From the NCBI GenBank assembly GCA_044226625.1, contig JBGAGQ010000004.1, positions 32,001-96,000 on the forward strand: DNA of 64,000 nucleotides, read 5' to 3'. This stretch comes from Thermoanaerobaculia bacterium (GTDB lineage: Bacteria; Acidobacteriota; Thermoanaerobaculia; Multivoradales; UBA5704). Positions 8,385 through 19,300 of the stretch are shown here, in pieces. The notes under the pieces are model-generated. The model was not told the origin of the DNA. It did no database searches and worked only from the letters and a program-made list of their open reading frames with translations. How positions within the stretch are numbered: the first letter of the stretch is position 1; every line of letters begins with the position of its first letter. A program made the position numbers and the translations under genes.

Positions 8385-11317
8385 TCAGTGCGGGCGGCCC
8401 AGCTCTTCGATGCGGGCGACCACGTCGCGGTAGTTGCTGTTGATTCCGTACAGCTCGACGAAGGTCTTGTAGGCCGAATCGACGTCGCCGGTCGACAGGT
8501 AGGCGTTCCCGAGGTCGTAGAGAAGGCCGAGCGAGTCGTCTTCCGATACACCGGGGGCGTCTAGACCGCGGCGATACCACTTGACCGCGAGCTCGGGGAT
8601 CCCCTTTTCGAGGAAGCAGAGGCCGAGGTTCGAGCAGCACGACACCAGGTAGTTCCGGTCCTTGGCCGCGAGCTGGAACTCGCCGATCGCCTCGTCGATC
8701 AGGCCCATCTCGCGATAGGCGATGCCGAGGTTGAAGTGAGTGTCGTAGTCGGTCGACGAGAGGTTCTCCGAGACCCCCTTCTTGAATCCCTCGACGATCT
8801 CTTCGAGCGTCTGCTCGACCGGCCCGGCTAGAAGATCCCCGCCTCCGACCTCCCGCTCCAGCTCCTGCTCGAGCTCGCCCGCGAGATCGAAGAAATCGTC
8901 GTCCGGGAAGGGCGAGTGGCTGCGCGCGGCTGGCGGAGGGGGCGGCGGTGCGGCATCCGCCGAGCGGAGCGCCTCCGCCTCGTCCAGCCAGCTCATGCCG
9001 GTGTCGTCCAGGCTCGAGGCGTCCGGCGATGGGCTGATCGGCGGACCATCCGCGCGAAGACCCGGGACGACGAAATCGTCGTCGAGGTCGTCGAGCGAGG
9101 CGGCGATTCCGCGGGGATCGAACAGATCGTTGCCCTGGAGCGGCTCCTGCCAGACCGGCTCGGTAGGCGCCAGGGGTAAGGCGTACGCCGCGGGAGGAGC
9201 CGGCGGCGGCATCACGGACGGCGGAACGATCGCCGGCTTGGCCGCGGCGGGCGGAGCGGTGGAAGGGGGCGCGGGCCGTTTCGCCGGCTTGCCCTTGCCC
9301 GCGGTGCCGATCAGTGCCTCGAGCTCCCGGTCGATGACTCGCGACGGTCGCGGCTTCGCCGACGGCGACGGAGCGGCAGGAGCCGCCGTAGCGGGAGGAG
9401 CCGACGCGGCGGCCGCGGGCGGGATCGGAGCCGGCAGCTCCAGCGGCTCCATCGGCTCGATCGGGAACGGCGCGGGCGGCTCGACCTCCAGCTCTACCGA
9501 GAAGTCCGGCTCAAACTCGGGAGCGCGGGAGGAGGGCTCCGGCTGCGGCGGCGACAGGTCTTCGAACATGCCGCCGAAATCGGCCCGTGGCAGCGGTTCC
9601 GGAGCGCCCACGCGGGGCGGCGCCTTCGCCTGCGTCTCTTCGACCGAGATGCCGACGCTCGCGAGCTTGCGTCGCACCTGCTCCCAGACTTCGGACTTCT
9701 TCCGCCCGACCGCCTGGGCCATCTTCTGGCCGGCCTCCGCCGCGGGCCCCAGGCGTCCGCGGTCGAGATGCAGCTGGATCAGCAGGGCGTACGCTTCCAG
9801 ATGGCGCGGGTCCGCGCGCAACGCGTCGTGCAACCGCTCGATCGCCTTGTCTTCCAGGCCGTAGCGCGCGAGTACCTCCGCCTCGGTGAGGAGGTCCTCC
9901 TGTTTTTCCGGAGCCCGCGCATAGAGCCCCGCGGCGGTTCGCTCCAGCTCCTCAGCGTCCAGGCGGGCGCTCGGAGCGCCGGTTGCGGCGGCTGACGGAT
10001 CCGATTCGAGCATGTGGCGGAATGGATCGACCAGCTCGAACGAACCGGTTCGGCCCATTTCGCCGAGATCGATCTCCGAGATCTCCTCCCACGACGCCTC
10101 GTCGGTCGGCGCGGGGGCCGGCGCCTCGAACGCTTCGGCGGGGGTGGGCTCGCGAACAGAGGGGGCGGACGGCGGCGCGACCTCGATCGGCGGTAGCGGC
10201 GGCGAGGCCGGCTCCTGGGCGACCTCGGCATCCAGCGCCCACGCGGGGCGGCGCGGTGCCCCGGCCAGCATGTCGGGAGGCGGCTTGACCAGGCTGGCGG
10301 GCTCTTCCTCCTCCATCTCGAGGACGAACACGTCGTCGAGGTCGAGGTCGATCTCGTCGCTCTCCGGCTCGGCCTCCCGCGCGCTGGGGATCTCGACCTC
10401 TCGGGCCCTGGTGGCTCCGGCTTCCCGCGTCGCCTCCTGGATCGCTTGGTCCCGATCGGCGACGCCAGACCGACCAGCCGCGGGTTCCTCCGATTCCGGC
10501 TCGTCCTGATCGAGATCCAGATCGAGATCCACTGAAAACGGTTGCGTCGCGGGAGCCGGATCGGCAGGGGCCGGACGGACCGCGGTCCTCTCCATCGGCA
10601 CCGTCGCCGCCGGAGGCGCGGCGGCGGGCGCGCGATCGCGAGCGCGAGGAACCGAGAGGCGGCTGCCTGCCCCCCGGCCTGCCGCAGCTTGAGCACGGCG
10701 TCGGTGAGGAAGGGGATGTTCTGCGCGTCGATCGCGAGCGCCCGCTCGTAGACCTGCGCCGCTTCCGGCAGGTGGCCAGCGCTGATCATCAGCTCGGCGA
10801 TCGTGCGATATTCGCCCAGCGCCTTCTCATAAAGCTTTTGCTGCTGGTAGATCTCCGCCAGCTTGACGTGGTGAGAAGGATTGTCAGGCTCGAGGTCGAC
10901 CAGCCGGCCGTAGATCGCGCTCGCCGACGTCGCGTTGTCGTGCTTCTGGTAGTAGTCGGCGAGCACCTGGAACTGCGTGCGCGCCTCGTTGATCAGCCCC
11001 TGTTTGGCGTACAGCTCGGCGAGCGCCTCGTACACCTCGAGCAGGGTCGGATTGAGCTTGATGATCTTCTTGTAGATCGCGATCGCTTTGACGAAGAAAC
11101 CTTCCTCGGTGTAGCGCTCCGCGATTTGGGTGAAGAAATCGATCGCCTCGTCGACGCGCTGGATCCGCGCGTAGAGGTCGCCGATCCGGTTCAGCGTGTT
11201 GATGTCGTTCGGGTTGTCGGCGAGCAGCTTGCGATACTCGCGGATCGCCGGCTCGATTTTGCCGCGCGCAACGTACTTCTCTGCGGTCTGTACGATCTGG
11301 TCACGCGCGACAGCCAT
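8385..11317 (-). pseudogene. TPR protein (SgmX-like architecture) split by a frameshift at ~10625; may be an assembly artefact
   Basis: N-terminal TPRs in frame of ORF 9779..11317 until ...LALAIAR; Pro/acidic linker and C-terminal TPR (DYDTHFNLGIAYREMGLIDEAIGEFQ) in frame of ORF 8385..10601. Confidence 0.7.
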
Positions 11318-12066
11318 CAGCGCATCCCTTCCAAAGCGATCTGGGCCGGAAACGACGCGGGCGGCATCGAACCCGTATTTTCGGCATCCACGATCTCGGG
11401 CCTCACCTTACGAAACGTCAGCCGATGGACCGGGGACGGTCCAAGCCGCTCCAGCGCCGCCACGTGCTCGGGCACGCCATAGCCCTTGTGCGCCGCGAAA
11501 CCGTAGCCCGGATGGCACTCCTCGAGCGCGACCATCGCTCGGTCGCGTTCCACCTTGGCGAGGATCGAAGCGCAGGCGACGGCGTAGCAGAGGGAGTCGC
11601 CGCGCACCACGGGGAGACAGGGGTACGGGAGCCCCGAGAGGAACAGCGCGTCGGTAACCGCGCAATCCGGGGAGAGCGGCAAGCCAGCCAACGCCCCGCG
11701 CATCGCGAGGCGGCTCGCCTCCAGGATGTTGACGCGGTCGATGACCTCGGCCGGAATCGAGCAGACCGACCAGGCCCGCACCGTCCGGCGGATCTCGGCG
11801 GCCAGCCGCTCGCGCTCCATCGCGTCGAGCTCCTTGCTGTCGTCCACTCCGGGGATCAGGAACTCACCGTCGACGATCACCGCCGCGGCGACGACGGGAC
11901 CGGCGAGGCAACCGCGCCCCGCCTCATCGACGCCGGCCACTCGGCAGAATCCGGAGCGGGACAGGAGGCCCTCGAGCGAGCAGAGCAGCCGCAGGCGGTA
12001 AGCCTCGGCATACAGCTCGAGAAACGTCGGGCTCGTCCGAGCGGCCGACGACGAAGCTCTCGTCAC
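11317..12066 (-). CDS. rnhB: Ribonuclease HII
   Basis: AGVDEAGRGCLAGPVVAAA, DDSK, ASILAKVERD, HKGYG; GTG start at 12066 preceded by AAGGAG. Confidence 0.95.
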   Translation of the reverse strand: MTRASSSAARTSPTFLELYAEAYRLRLLCSLEGLLSRSGFCRVAGVDEAGRGCLAGPVVAAAVIVDGEFLIPGVDDSKELDAMERERLAAEIRRTVRAWSVCSIPAEVIDRVNILEASRLAMRGALAGLPLSPDCAVTDALFLSGLPYPCLPVVRGDSLCYAVACASILAKVERDRAMVALEECHPGYGFAAHKGYGVPEHVAALERLGPSPVHRLTFRKVRPEIVDAENTGSMPPASFPAQIALEGMR

Positions 12067-12142
12067 CGCGCTCCTTTCACCCCGCGGATTACGCCGCAAT
12101 AGTCACCCCGCGGATGGCCCCGACGCATCGGGGCTCGGGGGT

Positions 12143-12499
12143 TTAGCCGCGCTTGTCTTCTCGCCGCTCGTCGATGCGCGCCGCCTTACCGCGCAGATCG
12201 CGCAAGTAATAGAGCTTCGCCCGGCGGACCCGGCCGCGACGCACCACCTCGATCTTGTCGATCAAAGGGGCATGGAGCGGGAAGATGCGCTCGACGCCGA
12301 TGCTACCCGACATCTTGCGCACGGTGAACGTCTCGCGCGTCCCACCCGCGCGCCGACCGATGACCACCCCTTGGAAGATCTGGATGCGCTCCTTGTCTCC
12401 CTCTTTAACCCGGACGTGGACCTTCACCGTGTCGCCGGCGCGGAAATCCGGCATGCCCGCGCGGAGATAAGCGTTCTCGACCTGCTGTAGCTGATTCAT
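12143..12499 (-). CDS. rplS: 50S ribosomal protein L19
   Basis: [11 protein letters not shown]...GVERIFP...[10 protein letters not shown]. Confidence 0.98.
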   Translation of the reverse strand: MNQLQQVENAYLRAGMPDFRAGDTVKVHVRVKEGDKERIQIFQGVVIGRRAGGTRETFTVRKMSGSIGVERIFPLHAPLIDKIEVVRRGRVRRAKLYYLRDLRGKAARIDERREDKRG

Positions 12500-12649
12500 G
12501 TCCTCACCTCGAAACCTGCTCCGATCCTGATTCGATGCCGCAACTCGGCCCTACCCGCAACCCGCCGTGCCGGCGAAGTCGCCGATTATCGTCAAAGACG
12601 CACCCCTCGCGCAAGCGGGTCGCGCGTCCTTCAAACCCCTTCCCGTGGA

Positions 12650-13387
12650 CTACTCCGTACCCGCGCCCTCTCGCAGCGACGCGAGCTCCCGCTCCTGCTC
12701 GGGCGTCAGACGCGCCCGGGCGATCAGATCGGGGCGCTTTTCCCAGGTGGCGCGGAGCGCCATTCGATCGCGCCACCGGTCGATCGCCGCGTGGTTGCCC
12801 GAGAGCAAGACCTCCGGCACGCCCTTCCCTTCGAAGACCGGCGGCCGGCTGTAGTGCGGAAAATCGAGCAGCCCCGCTCGAAAGCTGTCGTTCTCGACTG
12901 AGCCCGAAAGCTGGACCACCCCCGGCACCTGGCGCGAGACCGCCTCGATCAGCACCATGGCGGGCAGCTCGCCGCCCGAAAGCACGTAGTCGCCGATCGA
13001 GATCTCTTCGTCGACCACCGTCTCCCGCACCCGCTCATCGATCCCCTCGTAGCGCCCGCACAGGAGGATCAGGTCGCCACGGGCGGCAAGCTCCCGGACC
13101 TTCGCCTCGTCGAGCCGGCGCCCCTGGGGGGTGAGCAGGACGCGCCAGGGGCTCGCCCCTTCGGCGAGCGCGCGGACCCCCCGCACGCAAGGCGGAGCCG
13201 TCATCACCATCCCGCCGCCGCCGCCGTACGGCTCGTCGTCGACGCTGCGATGCCGCCCCTCGGCGTAGTCCCGCAGGTCGAAGACCCGCAGATCGAGCAG
13301 CCCCTTCTCTCGGGCTTTCCCGATTAAGCTGGTCGCGAGGAACGGCGCGAACAGCTCCGGGAAGATGGTCAGGACCTGGACGCGCAC
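12650..13387 (-). CDS. trmD: tRNA (guanine37-N1)-methyltransferase
   Basis: VDDEPYGGGGGMV, CGRYEGIDER, SIGDYVLSGGE. Confidence 0.98.
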   Translation of the reverse strand: MRVQVLTIFPELFAPFLATSLIGKAREKGLLDLRVFDLRDYAEGRHRSVDDEPYGGGGGMVMTAPPCVRGVRALAEGASPWRVLLTPQGRRLDEAKVRELAARGDLILLCGRYEGIDERVRETVVDEEISIGDYVLSGGELPAMVLIEAVSRQVPGVVQLSGSVENDSFRAGLLDFPHYSRPPVFEGKGVPEVLLSGNHAAIDRWRDRMALRATWEKRPDLIARARLTPEQERELASLREGAGTE

Positions 13388-13941
13388 GTCTCGACCAACC
13401 CCGCCGGCAGCTCAAGGTCGATCCGGCCTCGGTCGACGTCCACCTCGCGCAGAAAGCTCTGAACGAACGGGATGGGCAATCGCCGATCGCCGTCCTCGAC
13501 GATCAGCAGCAGCCCACCACCGTCCTCCACCACGTCCACCACCATGCCGAGGTCTTTCTCCCCCTCGGTGCAGCGGCAACCGATCAGCTCGAACTGGTAG
13601 TAAACCCCCGGCTCGGCTGGAGGTACGCGCTCGCGCTCGACCTCGAACGACGCCCCTCGAAGAGATTCGGCCGCATCGCGGTCGGCGATCCCCACGAACG
13701 TGAGCAGGGCACCGCCGCGAAAATCACGTCGGCTTGCGACTTTGACCCGCCGCGTCGGCTTGCCCGGGACGACCGCGAGCAGCTCGCTCCCTGGGTCGAA
13801 TCGACCGGAAACCTCCGATTCGATCCGTACCGACAGCTCCCCGCGGAGGCCGTGCGGGCGCACGACGCTCCCGACCGTGACGGTCGTGGGCAGGTCGTCG
13901 CGCGAAGTGCCGCGCGCGGCGGTCTCGGAGGTTTCAGCCAT
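13369..13941 (-). CDS. rimM: Ribosome maturation factor RimM
   Basis: VGSVVRPHGLRGE, YYQFELIG, IPFV PRC barrel; position in cluster. Confidence 0.95.
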   Translation of the reverse strand: MAETSETAARGTSRDDLPTTVTVGSVVRPHGLRGELSVRIESEVSGRFDPGSELLAVVPGKPTRRVKVASRRDFRGGALLTFVGIADRDAAESLRGASFEVERERVPPAEPGVYYQFELIGCRCTEGEKDLGMVVDVVEDGGGLLLIVEDGDRRLPIPFVQSFLREVDVDRGRIDLELPAGLVETCASRS

Positions 13942-14087
13942 TGGACATTTGCCGAGGACATCGTCAGGAAGTGGCGGGGCGTACCCCGCCCCCTGGCCTT
14001 CCTTCCGAAGATCCGACGTTCCGTTTTCGATCGCCCGTTCGAATTTCGCCCGGACGCTTTCAGGTGTGCCGCCCCGGGGGCCGGGAG

Positions 14088-14330
14088 TCAGTCCTCGATG
14101 ATCTCCAGACCGTACGGGATCGGCTCGCGCGCGTTTCGGGTATCGAGCAGTGTTCGTAGAGCTCGCACCGTTCGCCCTTGACGACCGATCACCTTGCCGA
14201 GGTCCTCCGGCGCCACCTCCACCTCGAGCAAAATCTCGTCACCGCTGGGAAACTCGGCGACTTTCACCTGGTCGGGATGGTCGACCAGGCGACGGATCAG
14301 CTCTTCGACTTCGGACCGGACTTGCCCCAC
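14088..14330 (-). CDS. khpA: KH-domain RNA-binding protein (KhpA/YlqC)
   Basis: LVDHPDQV, DLGKVIGRQGRT; between rpsP and rimM. Confidence 0.92.
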   Translation of the reverse strand: MGQVRSEVEELIRRLVDHPDQVKVAEFPSGDEILLEVEVAPEDLGKVIGRQGRTVRALRTLLDTRNAREPIPYGLEIIED

Positions 14331-14333
14331 GGG

Positions 14334-14567
14334 CTACGACGCCTTCGCGAAGAGCTTCTTGACGGTCGGCGAGAGCTGCGCTCCCTTGCTCACCCAGTAC
14401 TTGAACCGGTCGCCGTCGATCTGCATCTGCGCGGGCTGCTTCTTGGGGTCGTACCAACCGATCTCCTCGACCGCGACGGCCGACGGGGTACGGCGGGTGT
14501 CGGAGACGACGACCCGGTAAAACGGCGCGTTCGTCGCGCCCATCCGGCGGAGCCGAATTCTGACCAT
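14334..14567 (-). CDS. rpsP: 30S ribosomal protein S16
   Basis: MVRIRLRRMG...PFYRVVVSD...EEIGWYDP...WVSKGAQLSPTV. Confidence 0.98.
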   Translation of the reverse strand: MVRIRLRRMGATNAPFYRVVVSDTRRTPSAVAVEEIGWYDPKKQPAQMQIDGDRFKYWVSKGAQLSPTVKKLFAKAS

Positions 14568-14659
14568 TGCTCGATTGACCTCGAATCTCGTTGAACTGAA
14601 ACGCCCAGGGTCCTGGGGTACAGGCTTCGCCCTCGGGCTGGAACCGCACGAAGCCCGAG

Positions 14660-14688
14660 ACTTTAACAGAAATGAACGCCGCAGCCAA
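14660..14688 (-). promoter_or_regulatory. Sigma70-type promoter for rpsP operon
   Basis: TTGGCT-N17-TAAAGT with TG extension. Confidence 0.55.
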
Positions 14689-14766
14689 GGCGGGTCACCA
14701 AGCCTCGGCGCCGAGTCGGAGCAGCAAGGCATTCCGGAAAGGTCTTTCTCTCTTTCACCCCCATCG

Positions 14767-16104
14767 CTACCGCATCTTCCCCTTCATGCCCATCGCCCGG
14801 CGCAGGAACTTGCCCTGGACGCCCTTCATCATCTTTTTCATCATCTTGTGCTGCTTGAGAAGCCGGTTGACCTCCTGAACCGAGGTGCCGGATCCCTTGG
14901 CGATGCGGATCTTCCGACTGCCGTTGATCACGTCGGGCCGGCGGCGTTCCTGGGGGGTCATCGAGTTGATCATCGCCTCGATGCGGACCAGTCCGGACTC
15001 GTCGACCTTCGAGGCGTCGAGGTCGCGGAGCGGTCCCATCTTCGGCAGCATCTCGAGGACCGAGGCGAGCGGTCCCAGCTTCCTCATCTGGCGCAGTTGA
15101 TCCCGCAGATCTTCGAGCGAAAATTCCTGGGAGACCGCGCGCTCGGCGAGGCGCTTGGCCTCCTCGACGTCGAGCCCCTTCTCAGCTCTCTCGATCAGGG
15201 ACAGGACGTCGCCCATGCCGATCATGCGCGACGCCATCCGCTCGGGGTGGAACAGCTCGAGGTCGTCCACCTTTTCGCCCACGCCGACCATGCGGATGGG
15301 GACCTTGGCGACCGTGCGGATCGAGAGCGCCGCTCCGCCGCGCGAGTCACCGTCGAGCTTGGTCAGGATCGCCCCGGTGAGCGGCACCACGGCGGCGAAC
15401 TGCTCGGCGCTCTTCACCGCGTCCTGACCGGTCATCGAATCGGCGACGAACAGCGCCTCGTCCGGCTTGACCCGAGCCGCCAACTGGCCGATCTCGGCCA
15501 TCAGCGCCTGGTCGACGTGGAGTCGTCCCGCGGTGTCGACGATCACCACGTCGTGGCCGCGGTCGCGCGCCACCTTGAGCGCCCGATCGGCGAGCCGGAT
15601 CACGTCCTCTCCCGCCTCCGGGACGACGACGGGGACTCCCGCGATCTTGCCCACCTGCTGAAGCTGCTCGACCGCCGCAGCGCGCTGAAGGTCGCCCGCG
15701 ACTAGGATCGGATGACGCCCCTTGCTCACGAGGCGCTTGGAGAGCTTGCCCGCCGTGGTCGTCTTGCCGGAGCCCTGGAGGCCGCAAAGCAGAACGACCG
15801 ACGGCCGGCTGGTCAATCGCAGCTCCTGCCCCTCCTCCCCCAGCAGCTCGGCGAGCTCGTCGCGGACGATCTTTACTACCTGCTGCGAAGGCGACAGGCT
15901 CTCCATCACCTCGGCGCCGAGCGCCCGTTCGCGGATCCGCTCGACGAACGGCTTGACCACGCGGATGTGGACGTCCGCCTCGAGCAGCGCGAGCCGAATC
16001 TGGCGAAGCGCGCCCGAGAGCACCTCCTCCGAGATCCGCCCCTCGCCCTTCAGGTTGCGGAAGACCTCTTGCAGCTTGTTTTGCAGCCCGTCGAACATCG
16101 CCAT
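14767..16104 (-). CDS. ffh: Signal recognition particle protein
   Basis: GLQGSGKTTT, DTAGRLH, TKLDGDSRGGAALS, M domain. Confidence 0.98.
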   Translation of the reverse strand: MAMFDGLQNKLQEVFRNLKGEGRISEEVLSGALRQIRLALLEADVHIRVVKPFVERIRERALGAEVMESLSPSQQVVKIVRDELAELLGEEGQELRLTSRPSVVLLCGLQGSGKTTTAGKLSKRLVSKGRHPILVAGDLQRAAAVEQLQQVGKIAGVPVVVPEAGEDVIRLADRALKVARDRGHDVVIVDTAGRLHVDQALMAEIGQLAARVKPDEALFVADSMTGQDAVKSAEQFAAVVPLTGAILTKLDGDSRGGAALSIRTVAKVPIRMVGVGEKVDDLELFHPERMASRMIGMGDVLSLIERAEKGLDVEEAKRLAERAVSQEFSLEDLRDQLRQMRKLGPLASVLEMLPKMGPLRDLDASKVDESGLVRIEAMINSMTPQERRRPDVINGSRKIRIAKGSGTSVQEVNRLLKQHKMMKKMMKGVQGKFLRRAMGMKGKMR

Positions 16105-16319
16105 CGGGAAGCTCTCCAGAAAACCGTGCGGCGCACGGGGCGCCGAATGGTCGCAGGCCGAAAGCGCGCCGTCAACCAGGCGAGGGCCCTCCCGCGGGTA
16201 CCGGTGGCCTAGCCGCGGATTGCCAACGTCCTGGAAAAAGAGACGCGCGGGGCCTCCGAACGGTCACCGCGCGGCAGAGAATAAGGCGCCGCCGAGCGAC
16301 GGCAGGGCTCTCGTCAGGC

Positions 16320-19300
16320 TTACGGCCCCGGCGTCGCCGTAATCGCGCTCGGATCGGTGCTCAGCTTGCGCCAGTCGGTGACCGGGGTCCCTCCGAAACC
16401 GAGGCCGATCTTCTCTCCCGTCCGCTGGAACTTGTTCGGTACGTTCTGAGCCGGCGGGTAGTAGCCGATCTCCTGGCTGAACCCGATCACCTTCGCCTTG
16501 AAGAACTGGGCGACCGCTTTGAGGAAAGTAGCGTTCTGCCCGGAGTGGCAGGCGTAGAGGACGATCTCGGCGTCCGAGGTGAACTTCTTCTGGACGTCCG
16601 CGATCGTGAAAGTGGTCTTCTTACCGATCGGTTTCGGCGCGATGAACGTAGTGCCCGGTTGGTTGAGGCTCGTCATGCTCGCGGTGTCCATCGCGATCAG
16701 ACTGTTGTTCGGTGTGTTGATGTTCAGCAGGACGTCGGGCTTGGCGAGCGACATTTGCTTGATGCTGCCGCCGAAGGCAATCAGCCCTGAGTTCGCGTGG
16801 GTGAACAGGTTCACCCGTTTGACGGTGCCGTCACCCTCCTGGAGAATCGCGCCGAGCATCTCGGCGAACGTCGAGGCGACCGCGACGGTGCCGCCGGGCA
16901 CCGCGACGAAATCGTTCGTGCTCGGGCTCCACCGGCCCGCCGCGAGCTCGGCGATCTCCACCGCGTCGGTGATCGCCGGATCCCAGGAGAAATCTCCGGC
17001 GAGGTTCAACTCCTTGGTCTGGACGGTCTTCCCCGTTCCGGAGGCGCCGTCGAGCAGGTCCGCCGGAATATCCGTGGCAAAGCCGTCGATCACACTTCGG
17101 ATCAACGACGAGCGCGGCTCGCCGTCGCCCCAGGTTGCGGCGAGCGCTGCCGGATTTTGGGTGTAGCTCGCGGGAACGAAGCCGGCCGAAGCCATTCCGC
17201 CTCCGCTGCTGCTCCCGCCGCCCGATAACGGCGCCACGGCGCCGCCACCGGAACTGGAGGATCCCGCGGGCGCCTGTCCCTGGGTCTTGTCGAAGTAGTT
17301 GATCTTCGCGCCATCCTGCGAGTGGTTGCCGCCGCCGCTGATTCCCCCACCACCGCCTCCCGCGAGCCCGCCCGTGTACGCCGAGGCCGCAGTCTTCGCT
17401 AGGCTCGTGATCATCTCGGCGGCGATCCTCTGCCGCTCGGTATTCGCCTGGAGCAGGCTGTTCATGTTCGTACCGGCCTGCTGCCCGGCCGTCGCCGCCC
17501 CGGCCGAGGTCGCCTGCAGAGCGGCCTGGGCGAGCGCCAGCGTTCCTTGCAGGCCGCTCATATCGCGGAACATGCCGCCGTTCTGGATCGCCGCGAGCAC
17601 GGCCGCGGTGCCGGTCGGATCGGGCAGGCTCGCCGGGGTCGTTATGTTGATGATCGGGTTGCTTAGCTGGCCAGGTTTCACGTCCTCGTTCGTCGCCCGG
17701 CTGCCGGTCTGGATCACGGAGATCTCGGTCGGCTGGAGCGGGATCGGCGAGTCCTGCCAGTTCCAGAAACGAGTGATGTCGAGCTTTTCGGCGCAGTTCG
17801 AGCGGCCGAGCACCGCCTCGGCGAACGTGCCGCCCGAGGCGAGAGGCACGATGTCCTCCTTCGCGCTGCCGAGCCGAATGCCGTGGTCGCGCAGCCAGGT
17901 CGCCCAGCCCTCGTCGCTCGAGGCGTCAGTGTTCATCTTGAACGCGAGGTAGTTGCCCACGTAGCGGATCGGCTTCGGCTCGACCACTTGAGCGACCGGT
18001 ACCATCCTTCCGTTTATCTGGATGCCGTAGCCGGAGAGCAGGAGAGCGATCTGAGCGCCGTCGAGCGAGCGGAACACCGCGCGGCTGTAGTGCATCCGGT
18101 TGGAGTTCAAGTGTTGCTTCACGTTCGCGTTCACACCGCCCGGACGGATCTGCACCACCCGAGTCTCGCCGCCCGCTCCCTTCTTCACCGTGACTGCGGG
18201 CAGCTCGAGCGGGAAGCGCACGCCGTTGCGATTCAACGTGAGCGTCACCGTCGCCGAGACGTCGCGCTCGGAGCTGCTGCCGCTCAAACCGATCCGGCTG
18301 ACTTCCGAGAGGGCGAGGGGATGCTCCGCGCCCACCGCGCCGACCGCCGTACCCGTGAGGTTGCGGAACACGATCTTCATCGGCGTACCGCCCGCCGAGA
18401 CGACGCCCCCCTCGATCGCGACGTCGGTCGGCAGGTAGATCGAGCTCGTGTCGGGGCGCAGAACCGAGCGGTTGAGCAGGCCCGAGATCCGCGCCGATTG
18501 ATCGGCCGACCAGAGGCGGTCGTTGACCTGCTGGAACAGCGGCAGCACGTCGGAGGCACGGTACCTCACATTGCCGCCGCCGTCGGTGCGCAGCACCAAC
18601 GGCACAGGAGCCTCCACCGCCGCCGCGGGCTCGGCCGGCTCCACCGCAACGGCCAGCGCGGTGCGGCGGGGCATCGTGTAGCTGACGCCCGTCCGCGTCG
18701 TGAGCGCCTCACGCAAGAACGCACCCAGGGGGCTGCCGATGCCGGTGAAATGGGCCTCCGGCTCGGGCGCTACCTCGATGACGTCGAGGTTCAAGAGCGC
18801 TTCACGGATCGGGTAGGTGAGCGCGGCGCGCGCGAGCACGCCCTGGAACCGGCGGACCATCGCGTCGTCGTTCCAGTCGACCAGTTGCACCGGGATGAAC
18901 ACCACTTTGTCCGCTTTGACGATCGCGACCTCAACGCGGTAGACCTGCACCACCTCGTAGTAGTGGATGGTGAGGGCGTGCATGTGGTTGTAGTTCGCGA
19001 GCACCCGCGTGCTCACCCCCTCGTGCTCTCTTTGCGAAACCTCTTTGACCACCGAGGCACGCCGGCTCCGACTGCTGTGGGCGTGCTGGTGGGTCCGGTC
19101 GTTGACGCTCTGCATCATCGTGCTGCCGATTTCGCGGTGGCCGAACGAGGTGGAATAGCTGTCGGCGTGAGTGTCGGTGGTCGCCTCGCTGCTGGTGTGT
19201 CCCATCGAGCCGCTCGGCCCGCCGAACAGACCGCCGAGCGGCGCCGAGATCTCGCCCGCGGCCGAGGTCCCCTGCTCCGTCGAGCGGCTGTTGCTGTTGG

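Noticed and set aside
9779-10620. Arg-rich C-terminal half of the 512-aa ORF
   Set aside because: Out-of-frame read-through after the TPR frameshift
16105-16319. SRP RNA or tRNA near ffh
   Set aside because: No SRP helix-8 motif or cloverleaf recognisable
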